This document shows positions 23,422 to 34,673 of a stretch of 64,000 bases of DNA, in pieces (position 1 is the first letter of the stretch; each line of letters opens with the position of its first letter). The translations under genes were made by a program, and so were the position numbers. This DNA comes from Pelagomonas calceolata. Lineage: Eukaryota. Location of the stretch: NCBI GenBank assembly GCA_918797485.1, contig CAKKNE010000006.1, forward strand, positions 2,666,001-2,730,000, read 5' to 3'. The notes below the pieces were generated by a model, which was given only the letters and a program-made list of their open reading frames with translations, ran no database searches and was not told the origin of the DNA.

Positions 23422-24309
23422 TCACGTCAGACTAAACGGGATCGCGTCATCAAAGGGAATCGGCTCGCCGCCCCAGTCGCCGACGAAGACCTGGAGCCGT
23501 GTCAGGGCCACCTCGCCCGCGCCACCTTCGAACATGGAGTTCCCACCGGACGGCATGCGCTGGTAGTACGGCCCGAGCTTGCAGCGCGCCCGCCTCGGAC
23601 TCTTCGAGAAGAGGGGAATCGTCAAACCCTCGGGGCCGAAATACGGGCCCGTCTCCGGCTTGTCCACGACTCCCATACCAGCACCCCCAACTTTGGGCAG
23701 CTTGTCGAAGCCGCCATCACGTCTCCACGCGAACAGAAAGTTCGACAGGCCGGCGCGGTTCTCTCCTAATCCAACCCAGCCTTTGGAATTATATCCACCA
23801 AATTTCTGGCCGTCCGTCGAGGTGGCGAGGACCACACCGGGGCCTCGCCGGTCCACGGCGTCGTGGAACGCTTGCGGCGTCCAGCCGTCCTGGTTCGAGT
23901 CGTAGACCTCGTACATCGGGAGTTTCGCGAGCATCGTTTGTAATAAGACAGGTCTAACCCACGCCTTCAAATCAGCGTCATCACCAGCTACTGCTGGATT
24001 GGAATTACCAGACGTCTCCGCCGTGTACTGGTCGGGCTGCGTATCTACAGACATGCGCGTCAAACCCATGGGCGCATCTTCCACCTCCCCAAAAAAGAAG
24101 CCGAAGAGCTTCTCGGCGACGTCTCTGTCGTCTTTTTCTGGCTCTGGCGGTGGCGGGTTTTGCTTGCTCTCGTCGTTCTCGGAGACCACAAACTTGTCCA
24201 TCATGTCGTCGAAGAAGCCATTCAGTTTTACGGTGCGCCGCGACGGCGTCGCGGGTGCGAGCAATGCCGCAGCTGTGCTGCAGAGCAGTGCAGGCAGCGC
24301 CAAGCGCAT
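23422..24309 (-). CDS. TLDc-domain protein, probably plastid-targeted
   Basis: YDSNQDGW...FHDAVD...FGGY...FLF...GPYFG TLDc pattern; signal peptide followed by a transit-like N-terminus. Confidence 0.8.
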   Translation of the reverse strand: MRLALPALLCSTAAALLAPATPSRRTVKLNGFFDDMMDKFVVSENDESKQNPPPPEPEKDDRDVAEKLFGFFFGEVEDAPMGLTRMSVDTQPDQYTAETSGNSNPAVAGDDADLKAWVRPVLLQTMLAKLPMYEVYDSNQDGWTPQAFHDAVDRRGPGVVLATSTDGQKFGGYNSKGWVGLGENRAGLSNFLFAWRRDGGFDKLPKVGGAGMGVVDKPETGPYFGPEGLTIPLFSKSPRRARCKLGPYYQRMPSGGNSMFEGGAGEVALTRLQVFVGDWGGEPIPFDDAIPFSLT

Positions 24310-24426
24310 TTTTGCTGCGTGTGCTGAAAGAGGCACGTGCGATGATTGTGCAGATGCTCTACCACCACGTATAAGGACGCCTAGCAATAGAAATCGCTCG
24401 GTGAATCCAGCTTTGCTGCCTTTGAT

Positions 24427-24463
24427 TAGCTAGCGGCCTGTAAGACACTAGCAAGCACAAATC
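24427..24463 (-). promoter_or_regulatory. CTAG-TGTCTTAC-CTAG motif copy, in a divergent intergenic region
   Basis: tagctagcggcctgtaagacactagcaagcacaaatc. Confidence 0.6.
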
Positions 24464-24635
24464 TCCCCCAGTCCTTCCTCCTACACGTGCAAACGTCGGC
24501 GGACGACCGCTCGCCGAGCGTTCCCTTACGAGAGCGACACCTAGAGCCCTCACCTAGAGCCCTCACAAACAAGGCCACTGCATTGGAGCCGAGTTTGCGG
24601 CCAAACGGCTGCCCTTCAAGCCGCAAAACGCAGCA

Positions 24636-25499
24636 ATGACCGCCCCAAAGACCGAGCCGACGTCAGCGGTCTACCGCCGCTGCGCCGCGGCCGTCGAGAA
24701 GGCCATCAATGCCATCCAGGAGAACCCAGCCCTCTACAGGGGCCGCACAGCAAGGAACAAGCTCGTCGAGCTCGCCGCCGCGGCGAAGCAACTCGATAGA
24801 CTGCTCGACGGCAACGGGAGCGACGACGAGGATCATTTTGGGGAGGCCTTCGCCGCGGCGGGCCTCGACATGAAAGCCGCGGACGTCGACGCGCTCGCGG
24901 CCTGCGCGGCGGCGGCCGATTGCGACGGTGGGGACGGCGCCGACGAGGTCGCCGAGGACACGGCGCCCGAGGCGACGCCGGAGACCGGCAAGGCCAAGCG
25001 CGCCGCCCCGACGAAGACCCAGAAGAACCGCCGGAACCGCCTGAAGAAGAAGGAGAAGAAGCGGGCGGCGCGCGCCGCCGCGGAGGAGGCGGATCTCCCG
25101 CCCTGCCGCGAGATCGACACGCCGCCGGAGGTCCTCGCGGCTCTGGAGGCCGCCGACCGCGCGGCGACGCCCGAGCCCACCCTGCCCGCGGACCCGTCGC
25201 TGTTCAAGCCCACCGCGTCCGCGGACCCCGCGCCGTCCAAGCCCGGTGGCACGTCGTCCTGGGGTCGCGGCTTCCTCGCGATAGGTACAGTCGCGAAGAC
25301 GGCGCCGCCGGACCTCGCGGCGAAGGAGAAGGCGCCGGACCTGCGCGACCCCTTCGCCTACATCGCGTCGACGTGCGACGACGACCTGACGGCGCCGGCG
25401 CTGCACGACGCGCCCTCGCCGAATTTCGACGGTCTGGTGATTGAGGAGGTGACGCGGGAGGAGCTCGAGGGCCTCGAGTTACTCGAGTCGACGCGATAA
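24636..25499 (+). CDS. Hypothetical protein
   Basis: 287-aa ATG ORF with strong GC3 bias and a basic NLS-like stretch. Confidence 0.6.
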   Translation: MTAPKTEPTSAVYRRCAAAVEKAINAIQENPALYRGRTARNKLVELAAAAKQLDRLLDGNGSDDEDHFGEAFAAAGLDMKAADVDALAACAAAADCDGGDGADEVAEDTAPEATPETGKAKRAAPTKTQKNRRNRLKKKEKKRAARAAAEEADLPPCREIDTPPEVLAALEAADRAATPEPTLPADPSLFKPTASADPAPSKPGGTSSWGRGFLAIGTVAKTAPPDLAAKEKAPDLRDPFAYIASTCDDDLTAPALHDAPSPNFDGLVIEEVTREELEGLELLESTR

Positions 25500-25520
25500 A
25501 CCACGTAACAACAAAGTTCC

Positions 25521-26936
25521 TTACACGTCAATGGATGGCGCGCGGGTCCTGTTTCCCGGGGACGAACCGTGGCCACTCAGAGCAGAGGTGACCGAAGACT
25601 CGGTCTTGACGCGCGGCGGGCTGATGACTGTGGTATGCACGTCCACCGCAGATAAGAAGTGCTTCGACCGGTGGTTCCGAGCTAGTGCGGCTTGGAGAGG
25701 CGTCTGAGAGGTAGAACCTTCGGTCGAGCGCCCCCGGTCCATCGAAACACCACACCCGTCGGTCAGACAAGACATCGACGGGAACGGCGTCCGCGACCGC
25801 TGGCGAGGCAAAGCGTCGGCAACCGGTGGTCCTGAGGAACCGAGAAATAAGTTCTTGACCCGATCGACCACCGTCGGTTCCTCGCTCTGCGACTCTAAAT
25901 CAGAAGAGGACACCTCGACGCCAAAGAGCAACTCCTCTTCATCACCAGACGACTGTTCCGGCGAACCTCGAGCGGGCAATTCGACGGACGACGCCCCGGC
26001 TAACTGGAGTAGCTCATCAGGACCCTCCGCGTGGAATAAGACTTCTCGTAGAACGGCTTCATAAGCAGCATGTCGAGAGGCAATATACGGATAGTCCTCC
26101 ACGCAAGGGAGCCACCGCCGTTCGCACTCCGCGACCGTCCACGCTGCTCTGGTCTGGGGGGCGGCAAAGGAGCCTCTGTTGGCAAACCTTCGCGCGTGCG
26201 TCGCGAAGTCATTGTGACTTCGCCACGACCTCCTGCATCTGTCGCCGACCGACACCATGAGCAGGTATTCGGCTCGCCGCCATCCTGTCAAAGCGTTGCG
26301 CACGACCCTTATTGAGCCTAACGAACATCCTACTATCACGCCGTTCACTCTAGTGCGTCTATCGACGAACTCTCTACTAAACACTCGAGGGCACAACCGA
26401 GGCGTCAAAGCAGTTTCCAGAAAGGTCCAGGCATCCACCTTCCGCTTCTCAAAGGGCGTCACGCACCAGAGCTGCTGCGGCAGGCTGCGACCGGGCCGTC
26501 TTCGACGATGAGACGCATCTCGCGTCCGCGCCGGCCGCGGCCGATAACCACCCTCGTCATCAGACGACGACGACGGCGCCGGCGCGGGCGCGGGCGACGC
26601 CTGGCGCCGCGGCTGCCTTTCCGACGACGGCGGCCCGACGCGCACGTCATCTCCAGTCGTAAAATAGCACCTTCGGCGGCCTTGCGTCTCGGAAGCTCCC
26701 GCGCGCATCCAGGCCGCGACACCCATCTCGCACGAATCATAAAGCCAGGAGTTCAGTTCTGCTAAACCAGCTGTACTCGATGAGGTACTCGTGCCTCTCG
26801 TCGCGGCCGTGTCGCTCGAGTTGCCCTGGTCGTCGGATGAAGAAGAGCTCATTTGTGGTGAATCGTCATCACTTTCATCGGGTGAGGCGTGCCAGCCCCA
26901 GTCGTCGCTCGGGACGCGCTCCACGGGCGCTGCCAT
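25521..26936 (-). CDS. Hypothetical protein, possibly with a PX-like domain
   Basis: Long ORF. The segment EYLLMVSV...SWRSHNDF weakly resembles the PX RRYSDF region. Confidence 0.55.
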   Translation of the reverse strand: MAAPVERVPSDDWGWHASPDESDDDSPQMSSSSSDDQGNSSDTAATRGTSTSSSTAGLAELNSWLYDSCEMGVAAWMRAGASETQGRRRCYFTTGDDVRVGPPSSERQPRRQASPAPAPAPSSSSDDEGGYRPRPARTRDASHRRRRPGRSLPQQLWCVTPFEKRKVDAWTFLETALTPRLCPRVFSREFVDRRTRVNGVIVGCSLGSIRVVRNALTGWRRAEYLLMVSVGDRCRRSWRSHNDFATHARRFANRGSFAAPQTRAAWTVAECERRWLPCVEDYPYIASRHAAYEAVLREVLFHAEGPDELLQLAGASSVELPARGSPEQSSGDEEELLFGVEVSSSDLESQSEEPTVVDRVKNLFLGSSGPPVADALPRQRSRTPFPSMSCLTDGCGVSMDRGRSTEGSTSQTPLQAALARNHRSKHFLSAVDVHTTVISPPRVKTESSVTSALSGHGSSPGNRTRAPSIDV

Positions 26937-27666
26937 GGCGCTCGTCGTCGGCGCGGAGCCGCGCGTCACCCCTAGTCGACGCGACGCTTCGCGTGCGCCC
27001 TCCTGGAGGGGTTTCGCAGCTCCGAGGCCGCCTGGAGACGCGCGGCGGCTGTTGCTCGCGCTAAACGAGGACCTCCCTCAGCTCGACGTCACACCCTATC
27101 TCCAAACGAACGCGTCTTTCGTCGCTCGTACTTAGGGTGCAGCTTGAAGACCTAAATCAAGCTACAACAAGCCTGCATTTTTCCAGATTGCTGCAGGTGT
27201 AATGGCAAGCGCACCGGCAGTGCGTTCAGATGTGTCGAGCTGTGCTTGCGTCGATGGGGGGTCGACATTTTCGAGCTACGCGAGAGTTAAATGTCCAGGA
27301 AGACGCGTCGCGAGGTGGTTGAGCTGGGCCCCGCTTGGACCGGTCCGATTTAAGCGCATTAACCAACCACAGAGGACAAATTTGCTGCACAACCATCACC
27401 CTGGGACGCCTAGCGCTCTCCTCGCGGCCTGAGCGTGTCCCCGCCTTCCTCTAGAGCACAGATCGTGCGGCCAAGCTAGAGCTATAGAGGCACTAGCAAG
27501 CTGGGGGGGCGGGGCGCATAAGCTCTACACGGCGCGCGCGGCGTCTCGCTGCAAGTGAAGGCGTCTCATTCACGCTATCGAAGCGACCCATCGCCGCCAG
27601 CCAAAATTCGACTGAGAACGGCTCCTACAACAAACAGAGCCTCTCTGCGCAGAGCAGCCAGCAAAC

Positions 27667-29589
27667 ATGGCCGCCGCCAAGCCAGCCGACGATAGCGACC
27701 TCCTCTACCGCTTCCGCGCCGCCCACAAGAAGCGCGACGGCTGGTGTAGAATTACGGCAAGAGGCATCGAATGGCAATCCGATCGCGAAAACAAAGCGCT
27801 AGATGTGCCCTACGCTGAGCTCGCGAGCCACGAGGTGAGCCCCGAGGACCACCCGAAAGCACTGTTACGCTTGAGTCGCAGCGAGGGCAAGGCTCTGGTA
27901 TTAACAATTCTGGAAGCGACACCGGATCGGGCCTATGCGACGTTGTGTGACGCGAAACTCGCGATCACCGCATGTATCAGAAGACGAAGACGTAGGGGAG
28001 AACAACAACCAGTACCGGAACGCAAGAAGCAGCCCACGGCGAAACGCGCGGAAGTCATGCGACGGGCGAAGTTACTACAAACGGACGAAGCCCTGCAGAA
28101 GCGCCACAAAGAACTTGTTCAGAGTGGCGCGGTCGACGAGGAGGCGTTCTGGGCCGCCGCGACGGGTCGACGAGCGCCGGCCGCCGAGAAAGTTATTAAA
28201 GCCCCATCCAATGAACTGCTCGTCGACGCGCCGCGCGAAGGCGAGTCGACGGGACGGACCGTCACTTTCTCCCTCTCGCCGGAGAAGATCGCCTTCGTGT
28301 TCTCGATGTATCCCGCGGTGCGCCGGGCGCACGCGGCGCACGTGCCCAAGGTTTGCTTCGGTGTCCGAACCGTTTCGTCGCGCGTCGACGGCGTTGCCCG
28401 TGTCGCGTCGATGGCGTTATGAGCTGTACACACCTACCCCGCTGGTGGGCCGTCGCCGCGACCCCACGACTCCTCACGCCATCGAGCAGCCGCAGAGGGC
28501 ACACACCCACGCCGTCACCGCGCCAAGTCGCGCGTGGACGGCGTGGAGGCTGCCGGTCTCGCGGTCGCGTCGACGCCCGGCCGGAGCCGCGCGCGCGGAC
28601 CGATCGAGCAGTACGCCATCGAGCAGCCGCAGAGGCGCGGACACACACGCGCCGTTGCCCCCCCCGCGTCGATGGCGTCCGCGCTGTACCAAACGCTCAC
28701 GCCGCGACGCTCCCACGAACACACACCTACCCCGCCGGCGCGCCATCGACGCGACAGAACGGACACCAATCAAACAACGCAGGACATGTCCGAGGCCCAG
28801 TTTTGGGTCAAGTACTTCCAATCGAGATATTTTTGGCGCGACAAGGGGCGGGCGGTGCTCGAGAAGGGCCAGGCCAAGGCCGACGTTGCTGATGATTTAT
28901 TTGCCCGACATGAAGAACCGGGCGACGACGCGTTGCAGGTCGCGCCCGAGGTGCGGAAGGCCGTGGATTTGTCGCGGACGGACGCGGATCGATTTATATC
29001 TTCTTCCCAAGAGGATGTTGTGGATCCCGCGGCGCCGGCTGCTACCAGGGTATTGCGGAAGTTTAATAGGCATGCGGCGTTAGTTCTTGGTGCTGACCCG
29101 CCGTCCATACCCTCTGATGAATTACCGGTCAAGAGTGACCACGTGGCGCTAGACTTGAAGCACCACGACTCCAAGAAGGCCTCCAAGAAGCGGAGTGTCG
29201 CCGCTGCTTTTGCGATTGAGGATGAGGACCTGGACCGACCTGTTGGTGTCCAGTGGTCTGAGGTCGACGTGGAGCAGGCGCTCACCAACAAAGCGGGCAT
29301 CGACGCTCTCATATCGCTAGATAGGAACGTCGCGTCCGTCCAACCGCCGCCGCCCAAAAGCACTAAGGAGCAAGTCGAAAAAGTGGCCGGGGACGTCCGA
29401 TTGTTAGTGCGGGCCTTGCGCTTCACTCAGGGCACGGCGAAGCGCCAAGCCATCCTGAAGAAGCTGCGGCAACTACAGGCGTTCATCGATCAAAGGGTGG
29501 CGGCTTTTACATCAAAACCGAAGCACGCGCATCTGGCCGCGTTCTTCAAGCCGGTGTCGGACCAGGTCGCGCGGGCGCTGCGCAAGTAA
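27667..29589 (+). CDS. GTF2H1: TFIIH p62 subunit (PH and BSD domains). Exons 27667-28350 and 28783-29589.
   Basis: N-terminal PH-like region and BSD motifs EEAFW and FSMYPAVRRAHAAHVPK-DMSEAQFWVKYFQS, plus RKFNRHAALVL. Confidence 0.8.
28351..28782 (+). mobile_element. 432-nt intron with terminal inverted repeats (introner type B)
   Basis: 5' end GTTTGCTTCGGTGTCCG is inverted relative to 3' CGGACACCAATCAAAC, followed by AACGCAG. Internal duplication acgccatcgagcagccgcagagg. Confidence 0.75.
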
Positions 29590-29907
29590 CTAGGTGTGTG
29601 TCTTTCTTTGTTTGATGCGTGGGGTGTGTACTAAGAAGTTACTGCCTCTTTTTATAGATGTCCGCCGCGTTGTCCTTGATCTCCAGGAGGGGAACGGTCG
29701 GCGAGCAGTAGACCAGGTTCGCTTCAACAATATACGTGTGAAGCCACATGTAGAAGCGGTGCCGGTCCTGGTACAGCGTCTTCCAATCATGAAATCCCCC
29801 GGGACTCGCCGACGTGAGCCACATACCTAGGTAGTTAGCCTAGCTTTATGTTAATATGGTCTGGTATGGTATGGTAGTATATGTACTTGTATCACATACG
29901 GACAAAT

Positions 29908-32308
29908 TTAGGCACCTTGACGCCGCCGCTCCTGGAACCGTACCCGTTTCGACGGCGTCGTCGTCGATCGCACAGGCGACGCGGTCCCGCCGATCACGGC
30001 CGACGACGCGCGCAGGCAGTCGTCCTCGATGTTGACGAATCGTTGTGCGGTCTCCAGGCCGCCCTCGCCCAAGAGAGCTTCCACGGACTTTGTTCGCCGC
30101 GCGTGCCAGACTCGGAGGCCTTTCTCTAATGCTTCCTGGGGCGTGTTTGTCCCATGGACCTCCCGCGGTACCACTAACGCTCGATCGACTGCCGACAACT
30201 CGACCGTCCGGCACGTCTGCACGACGTCCCGGAGCAGCTGCACGCACTCCGCGTGTTCTTGTGCTGGCGCAACCAGTAAGTAGTACAGGATCGAGGGCCG
30301 GTCCCGGGCGCTCACGAGCGAATGCAGCGCCGTCGATTTTTTCTCGTCCGCCAGGAACCTTTGTAAACGTACGAGGAACCCGAACACCACGGTCCGCTCT
30401 CGATCTTCGAGCATCGCGACGAAATCAATGATGCCCTTCTCCCGCGACCACTTCCGCCAGAACCGGGCACCCGGGGAGGCGCTGAACGACGACGTGAACG
30501 ATGCATCAGAAATCAAGTACTCGATACGGCGTGCCACTTGCACATACCTCTCCAGGTCGTCGTTCGTTCTCTCTGGATCGTGGCACGCGAGGTAAAACGC
30601 TCTTGCGTTCAACGCGTCTGAGGCAGCTTGGAGCGCCCCAATGTCGCGCAGTACATCCGCGGGCAAGTCTTCGTAGTCGCCATCCGTCAGGACATCTCTC
30701 GCCGCGTGCCGGGCCCGGTTCTCCAGCCGTCGCTCGAAGCGGTCGACCTTTTGCGCCGCCGACTCGATGGCAGTCGCGAGATCGTCGTACGAGTTGTTCT
30801 TCTTCTTGGGCAGGAGCGGACCCGGCGGCTCGTGCTTGTCCCGGCGCTGCTCGATGTCCGTGGTATGGCGCTCGCGACACCGCTCCGCAAGGAAACGAGG
30901 GGTAGCTTTCCTTGATTGTCGGTCCACGTACTCCGCATAAGCCAAGGAGCAGGACGCCGTCAGCAGGACGCCGAGAATAACCAAGCCATCTACAGCCCGC
31001 ACCGTCGCGTACCGCGAGTTGTCTTCGATGCCAAGGACGCCTAGCGCGCATGCTGCCACGGCCGCGTAGCAGCCGAGCGACTCGAGCGCATTGAGCCTCC
31101 ACCCCAGGTATGGTCTAAAGGTATTTTGGCAGTAGGACGCGGCCGCCAGGATCAGGATCGATAAGCAGAGCTGGATCGCAGGGCCCTCGACTAACGCAGC
31201 CACTGCAACCAGCAGCAGCCACCGCAACCTCTTCACGTTGCGCCACGCGTGGCGACCCGGGCGCAGGTCCCGAAATGACCTGCGTCGGTGGCGTCTCGGT
31301 GGCGCCGCCTCGACGGCGTCTAATTCAAGGACACGGCGCGCGTCACCAGCCAAACAACGCCTGCACGTGCGGCGCGTGCACGCCGCCCCGCAGCTCGTAT
31401 TCCCGGCGCACAGTGATCTCTAGGATGATCGGGACCGGGACCACGAACACGAGCAAGCAAATGACACCCAACACATAGTTCTGGACGCGGCATTTCTCCG
31501 AGGGCGAGGATGCCACGTACCCGTCGGCGTCGCACCGAAAGGCACAAAGCGCCTTGTACGCGAGCAACGGCCACTGCACATCCACCAAATGAAAGATCTT
31601 GCCCAACCTCGTAAACACCTCGGGGCCGAAGTCGCCCTTGTAGAAGTCTGTGATGCCAGGGCGGTATGTTGAATCTTTCCGCAACTGCGTCAGGATCCTC
31701 GCGCAGATCGGCGCGAAGACGACGACCGCGCCCACGACCACCACGCCGAGCTGCAAGAGCAATTGCCGCGCAAAGCCGAAGCTCGCCACGCACGTCGGCT
31801 TAAACAACCCCACGTCGAACAATGCGATATCTCCGAGCAGGGCCGCGAGGCGCGCCGGTGCTTGGAGGTTCCCCTGGCCGAAGTCCCGATCGTACGTGAT
31901 TTTCCGCAGGAGCGCGACAGTCTGCACGGCGTGGAAGCATATTTGCAGGGACGGGTGCTTCGGGAGCACCAGCTGATTTAAGAGCACGAAGGCGAGCACT
32001 ACGAGTAGTAAACCAGATGTCGCGACCAGGGCCCGTCCACCGTTACTCGACGGGCAGGCATACGGCCCGAAGCGCGACACCTCGTAGTAATCAGATGAGA
32101 CGCGTGCGCACAGCCGGCCCGAGTAGCCCCGCGCGCACCGGAAGTTCGCGCGGCAGCGGTGCGGCACGCACTTGTGGAAATGCAGTTCATTCGGGTCGGC
32201 CCAGTAGTCGTCGAGATTCGCCACGGTGCCGTTGTCGCATATCGCGCCGGTGGGGCAGTGGCAGGTCGCCGCCGCGGTGCCGAGCAGCAGTGCTGCGCGC
32301 TTCAGCAT
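29908..32308 (-). CDS. Membrane protein with a Cys-rich ectodomain and multi-TM region. Exons 32308-31347 and 31279-29908.
   Basis: Signal peptide, CPTGAIC...CARGYSGRLC, several TM helices and RPY..LNALE. A 67-nt intron (31280-31346) restores FGW-SFRD. Confidence 0.75.
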
Positions 32309-32822
32309 TGTTTTGTGACTGATTGCGCGTCGACGGCGTGCCCCAGCTGTGTGGACTGCAGCACTAGACTGTTGCTGGTTTAATCGATGCACGACGGCGC
32401 GCCGACGGCCTGCTGGGAGCTATTCGCGTCTATGCCGCAGCCATCGGCAGCCCTGCGCGCCTAGACGGGTGCCGGGCAGCAATCAAATGGCATCGCAGGC
32501 TCCCATTCTCGCGCCGAGGCGCCGGCGAGCCGCAGGAAAATGCACCACGTCTCTCTTTCCACGTCTTCGTTGCAGGGGGCCTCAGGCGCAGAAACGTCGG
32601 AGCGATCCCGCGTTTTGCAAAACCCGAACAGCCTTAAGACATCGCGGGGGCGCACAGCTTATTAGGCAGCACACACGGCCCAGTTTTGCAACTGGTGCAG
32701 CAGGCTAGCCTTCTAGACTTAATACTGATCGCCGCCGCCGTAATTTTTGCAAGAACTAGGCGCGCCGGGCAAGCAGCAGGCCCGTAAACCAATTTTGCCT
32801 GAATTCGCAAAGCGCAGCAAAG

Positions 32823-34421
32823 ATGCTCGTCCTCAACCAGAACACCCAGAGAGACACGGGCCGCAGCGCACAGCTCGCGAACATCGGCGCGGCCCAGGCG
32901 GTAGCGGGCATCGTACGATCCACCCTCGGCCCTCGAGCGATGCTCAAGATGCTCTTGGACCCCATGGGCGGCATCGTCATCACGAACGACGCCAACGCTA
33001 TCTTGAGGGAGGTCGACGTGAGCCACCCGGCGGCCAAGCAGATGATTGAGTTGTCGAGAGCCCAAGACGAGGAGGTCGGGGACGGCACTACATCAGTGAT
33101 AGTACTCACCGGAGAGATGCTCCAGGTCGCCGAACCGTTACTACAACGGAACATCCACCCGACGATGATCTGCCGAGGCTACGCGAGAGCCTTAGATGCG
33201 GCCTTAGGAGCCTTTGCCTCGATCAGCAAAACTGTCGACCTCAAGGACAACGACGCCCTCCTAGCACTCGTACAAAGTTGCATAGGCACCAAATTCAGCA
33301 GCAGGTGGGGCGACCGCGTCATCGAGATGGCGGTGCAGGCTACACTGAGAGTCGTGCAAGAACGAGGTAGCAGTACGGGAGAAGGTACCGTAAAAGAAGT
33401 AGACATAAAACGCTACGCGAAAGTGGAAAAGGTCCCCGGCGGCGAACCTGCTGATAGCCGTGTCTTACGAGGCGTCATGTTCAACAAGGACGTGACGCAC
33501 CCGCGCATGCGGCGGAAGATCGTGAGACCTCGCGTTTTATTACTAGATTGTCCGTTAGAATACAAGAAGGGCGACTCGAACGCCAACGTCGAGATCACGA
33601 AGGAGGAGGACTGGAACACTCTCCTCAGAATCGAGGAGGAGTACATCGAGCACGTCTGCGCGCAGATTGTGGCAGCTCGGCCGGACGTGGTCATTACCGA
33701 GAAGGGTGTGAGTGACTTGGCGCAGCACTACCTCATGAAGGCGAACATCACGGCCTTCCGGCGGCTGCGGAAGACGGACAACAACCGCGTGGCTCGCGCG
33801 ACGGGCGCGACGATCTGTTCTAGAACTGATGAAATCCAGGAGTCCGACGTCGGGACGCAGTGCGGGCTCTTCGAGGTGCGGAAGTTGGGCGATGAGTACT
33901 TCGCGTTTCTGGAGGAGTGCGACGACCCCAAGGCTTGTACCTTACTGTTGCGGGGTGGCTCCAAGGATGTTTTGATGGAGGTGGAACGGAACCTGCAGGA
34001 CGCGATGCAGGTCATCCGCAACGTCGTGCTGGAGCCGCGGCTCTTGCCGGGCGGTGGGGCCGCGGAGATGGCTGTTTCCAGGGCGCTGCGTGCGGCGGCC
34101 GACGCGGCTACTGGGGTTGATTCTTACCCGCTGCGGGCGGTGGCGGACGCGATGGAGGTGATTCCCCGCATTTTAGCGACGAACTGCGGCGCCAAGGTCG
34201 TGCGCGTGCTCACCGAACTAAGAGCCAAGCAGCAGACCGAGGGCCCGACCTGGGGTATTGATGGGACGACGGGCAAGGTCGCCGACATGAACGCCAAGGA
34301 CGGTCCTAGGATCTGGGAGCCGTACGCCGTCAAGGTACAGACTGTCAAGACCGCAATTGAAGCCGCGAGCCTCATCTTGCGCGTCGACGACATCGTCTCG
34401 GGCATCAAGGGCCAGAAGTAG
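32823..34421 (+). CDS. CCT3: T-complex protein 1 subunit gamma
   Basis: TLGPRAMLKM, TNDANAIL, GDGTTSV, DIKRYAKVEKVPGG and RKTDNNR. Confidence 0.95.
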   Translation: MLVLNQNTQRDTGRSAQLANIGAAQAVAGIVRSTLGPRAMLKMLLDPMGGIVITNDANAILREVDVSHPAAKQMIELSRAQDEEVGDGTTSVIVLTGEMLQVAEPLLQRNIHPTMICRGYARALDAALGAFASISKTVDLKDNDALLALVQSCIGTKFSSRWGDRVIEMAVQATLRVVQERGSSTGEGTVKEVDIKRYAKVEKVPGGEPADSRVLRGVMFNKDVTHPRMRRKIVRPRVLLLDCPLEYKKGDSNANVEITKEEDWNTLLRIEEEYIEHVCAQIVAARPDVVITEKGVSDLAQHYLMKANITAFRRLRKTDNNRVARATGATICSRTDEIQESDVGTQCGLFEVRKLGDEYFAFLEECDDPKACTLLLRGGSKDVLMEVERNLQDAMQVIRNVVLEPRLLPGGGAAEMAVSRALRAAADAATGVDSYPLRAVADAMEVIPRILATNCGAKVVRVLTELRAKQQTEGPTWGIDGTTGKVADMNAKDGPRIWEPYAVKVQTVKTAIEAASLILRVDDIVSGIKGQK

Positions 34422-34673
34422 TTTTTCCGACCACCCACGTATAATATTGCGTCTCTCGTTTTATTATTGCGTCGACGGCGTCGCCTCGCCGGCGTGCGTA
34501 ACACGACGATATAGTACTTACGACAATCAAGCACAAAACTGGGAGGGGGGCGGGACGTGAGCCAGTGTTGGCGACGGTCGCGCCGGGGAAGGGACGAGAG
34601 GGCATAGACGTGAGCCGTTGAGGCGACGGTCCTGCCGGGGAAAAGGGGACGAGGGCGTAGAGCAATCGCTTGC

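Noticed and set aside
24427..24463. CTAG motif as a Helitron 3' end
   Set aside because: There is no GC-rich hairpin before the terminal CTAG and no shared upstream body between copies. Not fully excluded.
29639..29824. 61-aa ORF between converging genes
   Set aside because: Too short and no recognisable motif. It may be a gene fragment, but I cannot support that.
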